Source of the DNA: Candidatus Bathyarchaeota archaeon
GTDB taxonomy: Archaea; Thermoproteota; Bathyarchaeia; 40CM-2-53-6
Direction of reading: 5' to 3'
DNA length: 64,000 nt
Assembly (NCBI GenBank): GCA_963733055.1
Contig: CAVTBR010000001.1
Coordinates: 1,280,001-1,344,000, forward strand
The position numbers and the translations under genes are program-made. Positions 40,262 through 50,463 of the stretch are shown in pieces. Under the pieces are notes generated by a model. That model made no database searches. It saw only the letters and a program-made list of their open reading frames with translations, and was not told where the DNA came from. The first letter of the stretch is position 1. Each line of letters opens with the position of its first letter.

Positions 40262-42229
40262 ATGCGACTCACCACCCCCGCATTCATGGTGCTCAGTCTT
40301 CTCCTCGCCATGCTCCTCTTCAGCTCCGCTCATGCGGTTGCTCCGTTTGCGTCGACGACGGATAATCTGAATGGGGTTGCGTTGGTGAGTGGGAGTGAAG
40401 GTTGGGCGGTTGGTGCGGCGGGCACGATTCAACATTTCGACGGTTCCTCCTGGACTTTAATCGCGTCGGGTACAACCTCCGATCTGTTCTCAGTGTCCTT
40501 CGGTCCACCAACAAATCCTAACTCGGCTGCGGGGTTTGCGGTTGGCGGAAGCGGCGGGACCGCGGTGGCACTCTACTGGGGCGGCGTGTCATGGTTTCAA
40601 ATTACTAGCGGCCTTTCCGGGGCTCAGAGACTTTCGTCGGTTTCAGCTACGAGTTCCACGGATGCATGGGCTGTTGATGGTGTTACTGGTGGGTTCTGGC
40701 ATTGGTCGGGTCAGGCGGGGTTGGGCGGGGGTTGGAATATGGTGGGGTCCGCGGCTGCGGGGCTGAACTCTCTCTTCATGACGGGGCCGACGGATGGTTG
40801 GGCGGTCGGTTCGGGTGGCGTAATCTACCATTACACTGGCGGCGCTTGGAGCCTGTATACTAGTGTCGGTCAGACTCTCAACTCCGTCTTCTTCGTTAAC
40901 CAAAATGAGGGATGGGCTGTGGGAACGGGTGGAGTTCTCTACCACTACCTGTCAGGTACGTGGACGGGACCGATAGCACCAGCCCCAACTAACCAGAACC
41001 TAAACTCGGTCTTCATGATCAGCGCCGCGGAAGGGTGGGCGGTTGGCGCCGCTGGCACAATCCTCCACTACTCCGGCGGCGTCTGGACGCTTCTACAAAA
41101 CCTCTCAGGAACAACCCAAGACCTGAATTCCCTCTCCCTCGCCGGATCGAGCGGTTGGGCCGTGGGAAACGCCGGAAACCTAATTTCGTTAACCGGTCAA
41201 ACGCCACAAGGCTTACCGTCCGCAACATTCACGTCAGTATACCTCTCCAGCTCGGGGGATGGTTGGATTGTTGGTTGCTCGTCCGGAGGCTGTGGTTCGG
41301 GGACAGGTGAACCGGTACTCGTTCATTGGAATGGGAATTCGTTCACGTGCGGAACCTCCTCCGCCATAACCTCCGACCTGTTCTCAGTCTACATGCTCAC
41401 CGGGTCCGAGGGTTGGGCTGTGGGCGGAATCGGCACTACACCGGTGATTCTACGCTTCACTGGTGGAAGTTGGGTTCAGGTTCCAGTCCCGTCAATCGGC
41501 GGAGTTCTCAGATCGGTCTTCATGATTGATGCTGGGAACGGTTGGGCGGTGGGAGACCATGGAGCGATCCTTCACTACTCTGGTGGCGGATGGGGCGTGG
41601 TAGCCTCACCGACTATGGACACTCTGCGTAGTATCTTCATGGTTGGGGGTTCGGATGGGTGGGCAGTGGGGGATGCGGGAACGATACTTCGCTATCAGGC
41701 CATTAATGGGCAGTGGATTACTTACCCCAGCCCCACCACCAGCCAACTCAACTCCATCTCCCTCTTCGACACGTCGCATGGTTGGGCGGTTGGTGCGGGT
41801 GGAACGATCCTACATTTCGATGGGTCCATCTGGTTGAGTGTGGCCGACCCGGTGGCATCAAACCTGAACGGGGTCGTTCAGGTTAGCAGCCAGTTGGCTT
41901 GGGCGGTCGGCGACTCCGCCACAATCCTACAATGGACCGGGTTCACCTGGAACCAGTTCACCCCCGCCCCGCCCCTCTCGGGAAACCCGAACCTTAACGC
42001 AATCTACATCACGAACAACGGGTTTGGTTTCGTCGTCGGCGCACCCGCCGCCCCCGGAAGCCAAGGAACAGTTCTCCAGACCCCCAATATGACCCCAATC
42101 CCAGAATTCCCACAAACCCAACTTCTGTTTTGGGTCGGACTCGTCGCCGTCTTTGCATTTGCTACAAGTTTGCGTCGAAAAATTCATTCACCAAAACGAC
42201 CGCACTATTTTCAGACGAATAACGATTAG
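40262..42229 (+). CDS. Secreted beta-propeller repeat protein (YCF48/BNR-like WAVG repeats) with PEF-CTERM
   Basis: More than ten LNSV...GWAVGxxGTILHYxG repeats, IPEFP + TM + RRK. Confidence 0.85.
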   Translation: MRLTTPAFMVLSLLLAMLLFSSAHAVAPFASTTDNLNGVALVSGSEGWAVGAAGTIQHFDGSSWTLIASGTTSDLFSVSFGPPTNPNSAAGFAVGGSGGTAVALYWGGVSWFQITSGLSGAQRLSSVSATSSTDAWAVDGVTGGFWHWSGQAGLGGGWNMVGSAAAGLNSLFMTGPTDGWAVGSGGVIYHYTGGAWSLYTSVGQTLNSVFFVNQNEGWAVGTGGVLYHYLSGTWTGPIAPAPTNQNLNSVFMISAAEGWAVGAAGTILHYSGGVWTLLQNLSGTTQDLNSLSLAGSSGWAVGNAGNLISLTGQTPQGLPSATFTSVYLSSSGDGWIVGCSSGGCGSGTGEPVLVHWNGNSFTCGTSSAITSDLFSVYMLTGSEGWAVGGIGTTPVILRFTGGSWVQVPVPSIGGVLRSVFMIDAGNGWAVGDHGAILHYSGGGWGVVASPTMDTLRSIFMVGGSDGWAVGDAGTILRYQAINGQWITYPSPTTSQLNSISLFDTSHGWAVGAGGTILHFDGSIWLSVADPVASNLNGVVQVSSQLAWAVGDSATILQWTGFTWNQFTPAPPLSGNPNLNAIYITNNGFGFVVGAPAAPGSQGTVLQTPNMTPIPEFPQTQLLFWVGLVAVFAFATSLRRKIHSPKRPHYFQTNND

Positions 42230-42284
42230 CCGCACCCTTTTTCTCGGTCAAAGATTCCATTGCGGTCGCTGCGTGGTTTACTGG

Positions 42285-43025
42285 ATGCAACGGTGGGTTC
42301 GCAACCTCCTGATCCTGTTGGTGGTGGTTTTCCCAATCGTTTTCATCCTAACGAATTACCTTGAAGACCTCACTGAAACCGGGAATCAGCCTCGTGCGTT
42401 GGAAGGTCTCATTCCTCTGCTCACAAACCTCCCAACCCACATAATCCAACTCGCCTCAACCGCAGGCTACCTGGGAATCTTCTCCCTGATGCTGCTTGAA
42501 GCAGCTGCGTTTCCAGTCCCCAGCGAAATCATTCTCCCCCTCGCGGGTTACCTCGTCTCACGTGGACTCTTGCAGTTCTGGCCCGTAATCCTCTATAGCA
42601 CCGTTGCCGCGCTCATAGGCTCATTCATCGACTACTACGTTGGATTGAGGCTTGGAAGCCCGCTAATCACGGGGCAGGTGAAGATCCCCTACCTCCGACC
42701 TCTACACCTTCAGAGGGTACAGAAGTGGTTTGACCTTTATGGGCCCCTAGCGGTGGCGGGACTTCGGGTCGTTCCAGGGGCCCGGGTCTTGATCTCCTTT
42801 CCTGCGGGAGCCTACCGCATGAATAAATGGAAATTCCTACTCTGCACCCTCATCGGATGCTTGCCTTGGAACATTACCCTAGTCTACTTGGGTTGGTTGC
42901 TGGGGTCGTCTTGGGAGGCGATCGTTGCAACCTTCACCTACATCAACATAGCCGTCTTCGGCGCGATCATACTGCTAGCCGCGTGGCTCTTATGGCGAGC
43001 TAGCCAAAAGAAACATGTGAGCTAG
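42285..43025 (+). CDS. DedA family membrane protein
   Basis: LEAAAFPVPSEIILPLAGY, GSFIDYYVG, RVVPGARVLISFPAG. Confidence 0.9.
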   Translation: MQRWVRNLLILLVVVFPIVFILTNYLEDLTETGNQPRALEGLIPLLTNLPTHIIQLASTAGYLGIFSLMLLEAAAFPVPSEIILPLAGYLVSRGLLQFWPVILYSTVAALIGSFIDYYVGLRLGSPLITGQVKIPYLRPLHLQRVQKWFDLYGPLAVAGLRVVPGARVLISFPAGAYRMNKWKFLLCTLIGCLPWNITLVYLGWLLGSSWEAIVATFTYINIAVFGAIILLAAWLLWRASQKKHVS

Positions 43026-43396
43026 GTCTTCCTGAACGCTCTGTGAAGTTCCTCGACGTGTCGCCTGGTGACCCAGTCTTTATGGTGCCTAAAGCCGCCG
43101 CCAAAACTCTTCGGTATGTGTAAGAGTTCATGGATCAAGGTTTTCTCCTTCTCATCGTATGGGAGGCGATCGTACTGCTCAGCCAAGACTTCAACCGCAT
43201 AATACGCTGGCTCGCTCAGCGCCTGCTGCCAAATCTTTGGCAGGGAGTGGACGCGGGCTATGGTGTTGGTCGCCTTCGACCCATAACTTCGGTAACAATA
43301 AACCCGATTCCTCGGAACATGCGTGAACTCCAACTTGTCAACAATCTTCAGCAGGAGTTCGGAAACGTCCGGAGCACGCTCGTAATGAAATCCCAT
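43022..43396 (-). CDS. Putative metallopeptidase (archaeal HELLH family)
   Basis: RSYGSK...IARVHSLPKIWQ, TLIHELLHIP..FGGGFRHH. Confidence 0.8.
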   Translation of the reverse strand: MGFHYERAPDVSELLLKIVDKLEFTHVPRNRVYCYRSYGSKATNTIARVHSLPKIWQQALSEPAYYAVEVLAEQYDRLPYDEKEKTLIHELLHIPKSFGGGFRHHKDWVTRRHVEELHRAFRKT

Positions 43397-43513
43397 AGAA
43401 CCAGCAGTGGACTCGGGGTCTAAAATAGGATTCCCCAACAACGAATGAATTCTCTTAACAAGCGTGCGATGGCGTTACAATCATGGAGAAGTAAACGGGT
43501 TTACAAGAATTGC

Positions 43514-44116
43514 CTAGCCGGTTACGGGTCCGTTCGCCTCAAGCCGATTACGGATCTCCGCCACCAACGCCTTGACGCTCGATAGCTGGATCTGGTCGAG
43601 TTTCTGGAGAATATCCTCAACAATCAATGCCTGCCGCACATTCACGTTTCCTAAGAGGTACTCCTCGTATGCCCAGAGGAGTGCTTCAATCTTATCCGAC
43701 GCCTTCAAAATAATCGCCTCCATGGAACCCGTATCCCTGACCGCCTTCCGCAATTTCACATACTCTCCAACCACACCCTGCGGTAACCCCCCAAGCAACT
43801 TACCAAACCACTCCAATCCTCGCGAGTCCAATATTTCCGCGAAGGCGCTATCCTCATGTTTGAACCGGTGATGAATATCACCTGTCCTCGCCTCCTCCGC
43901 ATCGTGCAGTAACGCCATCCTCAACAACCGCTCACAATCAACATCCACACCCTGCCCCCGTTCCAAATCGGCGAGGACCATGGCGTACAGGGCGGTGTAG
44001 TAGGAGTGCTGCGCAACATCCTCGCGAAAATGACATTTGTACACGCTAAACCGACCAACAGTCATAAGCGATCTGATACTCAACAGAAAATCCAAGACGC
44101 CTGTTTCTTTCAACAA
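43514..44116 (-). CDS. HD-domain hydrolase, YfbR-like 5'-deoxynucleotidase
   Basis: EDVAQHSY, ALLHDAEEARTGDI, KASDKIE. Confidence 0.88.
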   Translation of the reverse strand: MLKETGVLDFLLSIRSLMTVGRFSVYKCHFREDVAQHSYYTALYAMVLADLERGQGVDVDCERLLRMALLHDAEEARTGDIHHRFKHEDSAFAEILDSRGLEWFGKLLGGLPQGVVGEYVKLRKAVRDTGSMEAIILKASDKIEALLWAYEEYLLGNVNVRQALIVEDILQKLDQIQLSSVKALVAEIRNRLEANGPVTG

Positions 44117-44219
44117 TCCTCAGCTCATGAAGACACGCTTGAGATAATGTAGCTTTCTGAAGTCACCCCGAATTTTGGTACCATGGAGATTCTTGAAGAA
44201 TCTGTACATGTTCATTGCG

Positions 44220-45623
44220 TCATTTTGTTCGGATTAGGAGGTAAAGATCTCCGACGTTGGTTCCGGTTGGTCCCGTGCGGATACTGTCGTTTAGTTTTCT
44301 GAAGAAATTGTAGGAATCGTTTCTTTCCGCGAAGTCGTGCACACGGAGATGTCGTAGGTTCGCGCGTACAATGGTTTGGGGGTCTGCGATTGCGCCTGCT
44401 GCTGGGCTGCTTCCGTCAACTCCATCCGTTCCGAGGGCGGCTACCGCGACTCCATTCAAACCTTCGATCCCTTCTACCGATGAGAGGACCAGTTCCTGAT
44501 TTCTTCCTCCTTTGCCGTTTCCTTTCACCTCAACTGTCGTCTCGCCGCCTACGACGAGTGCATTGAGGGCCTTGAGTGGTTGGTGGAATTGTTCGCTATC
44601 CCTGGCGACCGACGCTAGTAAACTTCCTAGGCTTCTCGCTTCCATGTCGGCTAAAGATGTCAGGATCGTGGCTGGAACGTGCTTTGTTCGGAGAGCCATT
44701 CTCGCGGCTTCGCACGCGGTCCGGTTGTCCGCTACAACGAAGTTGTGTACTTTCCTGAAAATGGGATTACCTGCCTTCGGAGTTTCAGGGATTCCTCCCG
44801 TTAACCCTCGGCGCAAGTGGTTCCTTACCCTTTGTGGGGCTGAGTTCCACAGATTGAACTCTTCCAACACGCGGACGGCGTCTTGGAAGGTCGTTGGGTC
44901 GGTTGCGGTCATTCCAGATGCGATGTCTGAGAGGACATTGCCTGAGACGTCGGAGATGATTAGTGAGATTATCGTTCCTGCTTTGCAATGCTCTGCGAGT
45001 CTTCCGCCTTTGAGTTCTGACAAATGCCTTCGCACGGTGTTGATCTGATGAATGGACGCTCGGCTGTGAATCAATTGCCGTGTAATCGTTCGTTTGTCCT
45101 CGAGGGTGATATCCGCCGGCGGTGCAGGCAGCATGGCCGAAGCGCCGCCGGAGATCAAACACAGCAACACTTCATTTGCTCGCATCGCGGTGATCGTTGC
45201 TAAGACGCGCCTCGAAGCTCTAACTCCTTCTTGGTTCGGTGTGGGATGGTTTGGGTGGAATGTTGCGATTCGCTTGTCGTTGATCTTCAAGTCTGAATTT
45301 CTAGGTGAGGCGAGAATTCCGGAGACGACATGTCCACCTAGAATCCGCAACGAAGTCTTCAACATTGGCGCGCTTGCTTTGCCAACCGCGATTACTCGAA
45401 TCTTAGAATTAACCGGCGTTTGAACGTTGCCAATGTGAACCCTCCCGCTCTCTATGCGAAGCCACTTTTCCACGGCCCTCGCCGGATCGGTAGCCCGCAG
45501 CGCCGCCTCAAACGCTTCTAGGCAGAGTCTCCTCGCCCGCTGGTTTGCAGGCGAACCTCCATTTCGAATCAACACTCCTCTACGAGCAATTCGAGGCATG
45601 TGCAACGGCATTCTACCTATCAA
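44220..45623 (-). CDS. Glycerate 2-kinase (MOFRL/GckA type)
   Basis: VGKAS, HPTP, LISGGASAM, RRHLSELKGGRLA, GGETTV, GGRNQE, GTDGVDG, TGPTGTNVGD. Confidence 0.93.
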   Translation of the reverse strand: MIGRMPLHMPRIARRGVLIRNGGSPANQRARRLCLEAFEAALRATDPARAVEKWLRIESGRVHIGNVQTPVNSKIRVIAVGKASAPMLKTSLRILGGHVVSGILASPRNSDLKINDKRIATFHPNHPTPNQEGVRASRRVLATITAMRANEVLLCLISGGASAMLPAPPADITLEDKRTITRQLIHSRASIHQINTVRRHLSELKGGRLAEHCKAGTIISLIISDVSGNVLSDIASGMTATDPTTFQDAVRVLEEFNLWNSAPQRVRNHLRRGLTGGIPETPKAGNPIFRKVHNFVVADNRTACEAARMALRTKHVPATILTSLADMEARSLGSLLASVARDSEQFHQPLKALNALVVGGETTVEVKGNGKGGRNQELVLSSVEGIEGLNGVAVAALGTDGVDGSSPAAGAIADPQTIVRANLRHLRVHDFAERNDSYNFFRKLNDSIRTGPTGTNVGDLYLLIRTK

Positions 45624-45811
45624 GTGGAAACATTTGATCCACTATACTAAAACTTCTAATTATCTCAACGATGATTGACATTTTCGTTTGGCTTAATCGC
45701 GAAATCCACATCGACGTAGACCTATCGAGTTCCGACTATGCCTTTTATACGTGTACATGCGAGCCAAACAGCCATTCAGGTTTCTGTTACCAAATTGCGG
45801 GGCAATGATAA

Positions 45812-48800
45812 TTGAGCAAGAAATTAGCTGCAACCCTAACGATCGCAATCTTTCTAATCAGTACATTCGTGATCATAATCCCGACCCAAGCGCACTTCAC
45901 CTTGGGCAACCTGTCCGGAACGAACCCGTACGACATTAACAATTTCGATGCACATGTTGCTGGGCCTATTGGTTATGTTTGGCCTGGTAGCGGTCAATGT
46001 GCGTATCAGGGTATGCCGAACACGGTGAGCGCAAGTTGCTCACCAGGTTATCAGTCACCTTACCCGCAGGGTAATCCGCCGGGTGCACCGAGCAACTCTT
46101 GGTACCAGCTCCAAGGCGACACTTACGCGCCGTTCGGTGCGGTGCTGACGAATTCGACGGGCGATTTAATCTTTGGACTGAACGCCACATGCGCCTCTCG
46201 CTCTCTCCACCCCAATCAACATCCGGCCGTAGTATCTCTTTGGGATAATCCATCCGCTTGTGCGACGCAGGACGGTACCCGCCCGAGCGACGGAGTGACG
46301 AAGTCGGAAATCCAGACACCGCTCCTTGGCGTGGGTTGGATTACGTGGATGATCCTGATCCCGCCTGAATTCACTGTGCCGGGCGCGGCAACCTTCGATA
46401 GTTCACAAATCGTTTCGACGCTAACGAACAGTTATGACCATGTCTACGTTGCTAAGCTCAGTCCGTACGACAGGTACGCGCCAAACTGGACCCTGGTCGC
46501 GATAACCGCAGACGATAACGCTCAATTCACGCACTCTGGGGGGGTCTACAACCATCAGCTCGTCCAGTTCACAAGGGCGGGCGAATGGTATTACGTCAGA
46601 ATCAACGGCGTAACCGCGCCATCCGTCGCGGGACGGTACTTCTTCAAAATGGCCCTTTCCGGCCAAATTTTCATCCGCTACGCTTCCCTCTTTGGCCAGA
46701 ATATTTTCGGCGTCGGCCCAACCCTTGCTGGCCCCCAACCCTCTACGATATTGAATCCATTCGTTTGGGTTCCACCACAAAACTGGCCAGTCATGTTGGT
46801 GAAGGGTGAGACCGATCCGGCTATCATTACCGGGACTCTCCGGTATGCGGGCTACAACTCAACCTTATACCAAACACCGATCGCTGAGGCTGGTAAGGTT
46901 TGGGCGCACATGACTATGCGCATCGACCCCTACACGGGTCAGAACAGACCGGACCTAGGCACGATCGACAGCCAAGCATTCGTGAACGCAACCGCGAACG
47001 GCCACTATGAATTAGAAGGCCTCGCGCCAGGCGTTTACGACATCTACGCTGAAGCTGCTGGTTATCCTCAGGTGTTGTGCAATAGTGGAGTAACCGTCCT
47101 GAAGGGTCAATCCCTTCACTTCGATTGCTTCCTACAACCAGGGCCCGTGGTTCACGGTAACGTGTTCACGAAGCACCAGTTCGGTGACGAACCCTGGCCA
47201 GGAAATTCCACCTCAGGCCAATACATGAAGATCGAGTTGTACAGCAACGCAACACTCAGCAACCAAGTCGATCCAAGCGCTGGTCCACCAGTCTCATGGT
47301 CTCCGTTGCCCTGTACCGCGGGAGGCCAGGAAGATTACTACGGCGAAGGCGCTGCTGGGTTGTGCGGTGACCCACGCGATGGGAGCGCGATTGCGTTTCC
47401 ATGGCATGAGTACAGCACAGTCAACGGCGCAGCCTACGGTGACGTGCCGAACCCCTTCACGGGTGCAACGAATGGTTACACGCGTGATGTATCCCAGAGC
47501 AGTTTCTTCGGAAACACGGTTCTGACCTCCGATCCTGAAGGTGTTGGTCCGCCACAACAATGGTTTGTGAGTGGTGGTACTACGACTCCGTTCCATTTTG
47601 AGATGGGTTTGAAGGGTGAGTACGGTGCTCCAAGAGACCTGAGCGGCGAGGTGCCGCAGGTTTACGCTACTTGGATCAACGGGCTTACCGCGGGCCGCTA
47701 TTACGTGCGTGCCTGGACCTTCCGTTACGTTCAAACCGCTCTGGACGGTTCCACCTTCCAGGAATACTACTTTGACGTAACACCTAACGAGTGGGCAGGA
47801 GACGTTACCCTACCAATCGACATACGCTTGAGCAGCTGGGTGAACAAGACCGTCTACTTCCACGACACACCCAACACAATCGTAACAAGCCCAATCCACA
47901 CCGTCTCAGGCTACCTATGGGGTAATCTGGTGGGTGCTGACGGGCACATATACGCGTCCAACGTTACAGGGCTCGGCTACAACAGCAACTACTACTACAG
48001 TCAAGGCTTCGGTCCTGGATCGTCCAACGGATGCGATTCGTACGACCAGTTTGCTTTCTCAGCGGTTGCATCCAACACAGGTACATTCTCGAGCTATGGG
48101 CCTTTCTTAGGGTCCGGTGAGGACGGCGCCCCAAGCCAATCCTGCGTTCCAACCGGCCCTGGAGGATTCTTCAGTGCCTTGGACAAAGCTGGTTTGAATA
48201 GGGATTCTATTGCTTCGGGTCGTGCGGCGATTCAGTTCTGGGGTATTAACGATACTTGGGGTGGGGAGAATTACGGTATCCCCTCGGGTACGTACACTCC
48301 GAACGTCGCTGCGAACGGCTACTACAGCCCACCCCCGCTAGAACAGGTATCAGTCACCCTTAGCGGTAATCCAACTGCCATCAGTGACCACCTATTCCTC
48401 GGCCCAGGCTTCAACGTATCAGTGTACAGCATCGACTGGGAACGACCACGCGTCAGCCGTAACTGGGTATGGTCCGGATGCCAAACCGCGCCAGATGCCA
48501 TTTTCGCTGACACTTGCGTTGGTTCCGAGATTGACGTCGGGTTCTACCCCGTAACCAACAGCACAGGAGGTGCCTTAGCCGATTACTTCGGCTTCGAACC
48601 ATCCGAACTACCCGTCAGCATTCCAGTACACCATCCCGACTATGGCGGTCTCTTCCAGGGGCCGGGAGGAGTCGACTGCCTCACGGGCACGTCACCCTCC
48701 TTCAACTGCGCTGAGATGGATGGCGGGGGACGTGACGTCCTTCAAGGGTTCTCTAATTCGCATGATGTTTACTACGGACAATCAGCAGAGTACGCTTTCG

Positions 48801-50275
48801 TGGGCGGCTACACACTCGGAGCAGGCTACTTCGGCTTCCTTATTGCACCAAAGCTCCTGACTGATTACATGTTCACAACCCCATACCTCACGTGGCCGCT
48901 TCACTTCAAGGAAGGCCAGTACAACTTGGCAGCCTACACGTACGGCTACATCCAGGACAAAGAGTTCACAGTCTTTGTTCAGAACGGGCAGGTTGCGGAC
49001 ATGAAGATCAACCTGATTATCGGTGTGAACGTGACGCTAGATATTCTCTTCAAGAAAGAGAGCATCATCACACCGACAACGATGAACATGTCTGCACGTG
49101 TCCGCCTATTCAACGATCAAGGGCAGCTCGTGGCTGAATGGATGTCGAGCGAAGGCACGTTCGTGGACCGGACGGGCCATGCGATCGCAGCAAACGGCGT
49201 ACTACCTGCAACCGGTGGAATAGACGCGGTTGGCACGGGCGTCAATCCGCTCTACCCATTTGCTGACAACACTGATCCATTTGCCGGTTTCTTCCAGACG
49301 CCAGCATCTGGCCTGATCAGCTACAACTTTTTGCCGGGTGGAACGACACTTCTTCATGTTCTGATGGCTGGCCTCCCACAACATCCACCGCTTGGCAACA
49401 GCGTTGTTTTCGGATCGTATTTCGCCGACCCATTAATGAGCGGATGGCCAGAACGAGTGAAACCCTCCCCATTGAAGAACTTGCTTGGGGCTTGCGACTT
49501 CGACCTTAGCTGCTATCCCGCCCCGTACGGGCAGTACCCGTTCCCCTACAGTGGTATTGCGGGTGGACCCGACTATACCGGTGGTTGGACAGCTGAAGCC
49601 GACTTCGTTCCATGGTACGCCAACAACACTAGCACGATGGAGGCTGCGAGCGGCGGCGGACAAGCACCAACGCAGGACAGCACCTTCGCACAATACTATC
49701 CACCCGTCAACGGACTACTAATGGGTGAATCTTACCACATAATCCCGGGAACCACGGCCACATCAGGCATCAGCCTAACCGAAGACACAGCCTTGAACAG
49801 CAACTTCGTCGGCCACACGATGGCCCCGAACCACCTAGGCCCATATTCACAGGAAGGTGTCTGGCAGATTGCCGGCGCACACAACACCGGTGAGGCAAGT
49901 GCAATCTTTGAAGTTGACCTCAACGGTTTCGTTAGTGGGAACGTTCTTGCGTTCACGTGGAGTAATGAGTTCCGCACTCTCAGCTGGGGCACGGTCAGCG
50001 TGACTGGGGCTTCGGGTGCGTCGTGGAACTTCTACACGTATGATGGGGTTTACCAGGCGTTCCTGCCCACGGGCAACTACAAGTTCAGCATAAGCCAACC
50101 AGGATATGCGCCTCAAACTTGGTCCGTCGCGGTCTCACCAGGCCAATCCGGATCGGGTCAGAACGTGTACCTGGAGCAGAGTAACATCCCTGTACCTGAA
50201 TTCAGCGCGGTTGCGGTTGTCGCGTTCTCGGCGTTAGCAGCATCACTATACCTGCTCAAACGAAAACGCAGTTAA
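45812..50275 (+). CDS. 1487-aa secreted cell-surface (probable S-layer-like) glycoprotein with PEF-CTERM
   Basis: Signal peptide, many NxS/T sequons, carboxypeptidase-regulatory-like modules (GLAPGVYDIYAEAAGY, LPTGNYKFSISQPGY), VPEFS + TM + KRKR. Confidence 0.8.
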   Translation: MSKKLAATLTIAIFLISTFVIIIPTQAHFTLGNLSGTNPYDINNFDAHVAGPIGYVWPGSGQCAYQGMPNTVSASCSPGYQSPYPQGNPPGAPSNSWYQLQGDTYAPFGAVLTNSTGDLIFGLNATCASRSLHPNQHPAVVSLWDNPSACATQDGTRPSDGVTKSEIQTPLLGVGWITWMILIPPEFTVPGAATFDSSQIVSTLTNSYDHVYVAKLSPYDRYAPNWTLVAITADDNAQFTHSGGVYNHQLVQFTRAGEWYYVRINGVTAPSVAGRYFFKMALSGQIFIRYASLFGQNIFGVGPTLAGPQPSTILNPFVWVPPQNWPVMLVKGETDPAIITGTLRYAGYNSTLYQTPIAEAGKVWAHMTMRIDPYTGQNRPDLGTIDSQAFVNATANGHYELEGLAPGVYDIYAEAAGYPQVLCNSGVTVLKGQSLHFDCFLQPGPVVHGNVFTKHQFGDEPWPGNSTSGQYMKIELYSNATLSNQVDPSAGPPVSWSPLPCTAGGQEDYYGEGAAGLCGDPRDGSAIAFPWHEYSTVNGAAYGDVPNPFTGATNGYTRDVSQSSFFGNTVLTSDPEGVGPPQQWFVSGGTTTPFHFEMGLKGEYGAPRDLSGEVPQVYATWINGLTAGRYYVRAWTFRYVQTALDGSTFQEYYFDVTPNEWAGDVTLPIDIRLSSWVNKTVYFHDTPNTIVTSPIHTVSGYLWGNLVGADGHIYASNVTGLGYNSNYYYSQGFGPGSSNGCDSYDQFAFSAVASNTGTFSSYGPFLGSGEDGAPSQSCVPTGPGGFFSALDKAGLNRDSIASGRAAIQFWGINDTWGGENYGIPSGTYTPNVAANGYYSPPPLEQVSVTLSGNPTAISDHLFLGPGFNVSVYSIDWERPRVSRNWVWSGCQTAPDAIFADTCVGSEIDVGFYPVTNSTGGALADYFGFEPSELPVSIPVHHPDYGGLFQGPGGVDCLTGTSPSFNCAEMDGGGRDVLQGFSNSHDVYYGQSAEYAFVGGYTLGAGYFGFLIAPKLLTDYMFTTPYLTWPLHFKEGQYNLAAYTYGYIQDKEFTVFVQNGQVADMKINLIIGVNVTLDILFKKESIITPTTMNMSARVRLFNDQGQLVAEWMSSEGTFVDRTGHAIAANGVLPATGGIDAVGTGVNPLYPFADNTDPFAGFFQTPASGLISYNFLPGGTTLLHVLMAGLPQHPPLGNSVVFGSYFADPLMSGWPERVKPSPLKNLLGACDFDLSCYPAPYGQYPFPYSGIAGGPDYTGGWTAEADFVPWYANNTSTMEAASGGGQAPTQDSTFAQYYPPVNGLLMGESYHIIPGTTATSGISLTEDTALNSNFVGHTMAPNHLGPYSQEGVWQIAGAHNTGEASAIFEVDLNGFVSGNVLAFTWSNEFRTLSWGTVSVTGASGASWNFYTYDGVYQAFLPTGNYKFSISQPGYAPQTWSVAVSPGQSGSGQNVYLEQSNIPVPEFSAVAVVAFSALAASLYLLKRKRS

Positions 50276-50280
50276 ACGAA

Positions 50281-50301
50281 CGAGCGCCGAAAGGGCGCTC
50301 G
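50281..50301 (+). terminator. GC-rich hairpin after the surface protein gene
   Basis: CGAGCGCC-GAAAG-GGCGCTCG, perfect 8-bp stem just after the stop codon. Confidence 0.6.
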
Positions 50302-50331
50302 CCCAACACTTCGCGTCTTCGATATTACTGT

Positions 50332-50359
50332 ATGGTGCGGGGAAGGGGATTCTGACCCC
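50332..50359 (-). repeat. Direct-repeat copy of tRNA-Leu 3' end (att-like site)
   Basis: ATGGTGCGGGGAAGGGGATTC is identical at 50332-50352 and 52585-52605, and the match extends to 28 nt with 2 mismatches. Confidence 0.88.
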
Positions 50360-50380
50360 AATTTACTGGTACGGATAACC

Positions 50381-50422
50381 CGGTTCAAATTTGATTGCCC
50401 GCACCACTAGACCCACACACAC
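50381..50422 (+). repeat. Left arm of 42-bp imperfect inverted repeat
   Basis: 34/42 identical to the reverse complement of 52494-52535. Confidence 0.8.
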
Positions 50423-50463
50423 GAAAAATCTAGTTACATAGTCACACTAGCATTCTCTGTCTG

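Noticed and set aside
40262-42100. Recurring GGTTGGGCGGT DNA repeats
   Set aside because: Explained by GWAVG protein repeats of the beta-propeller.
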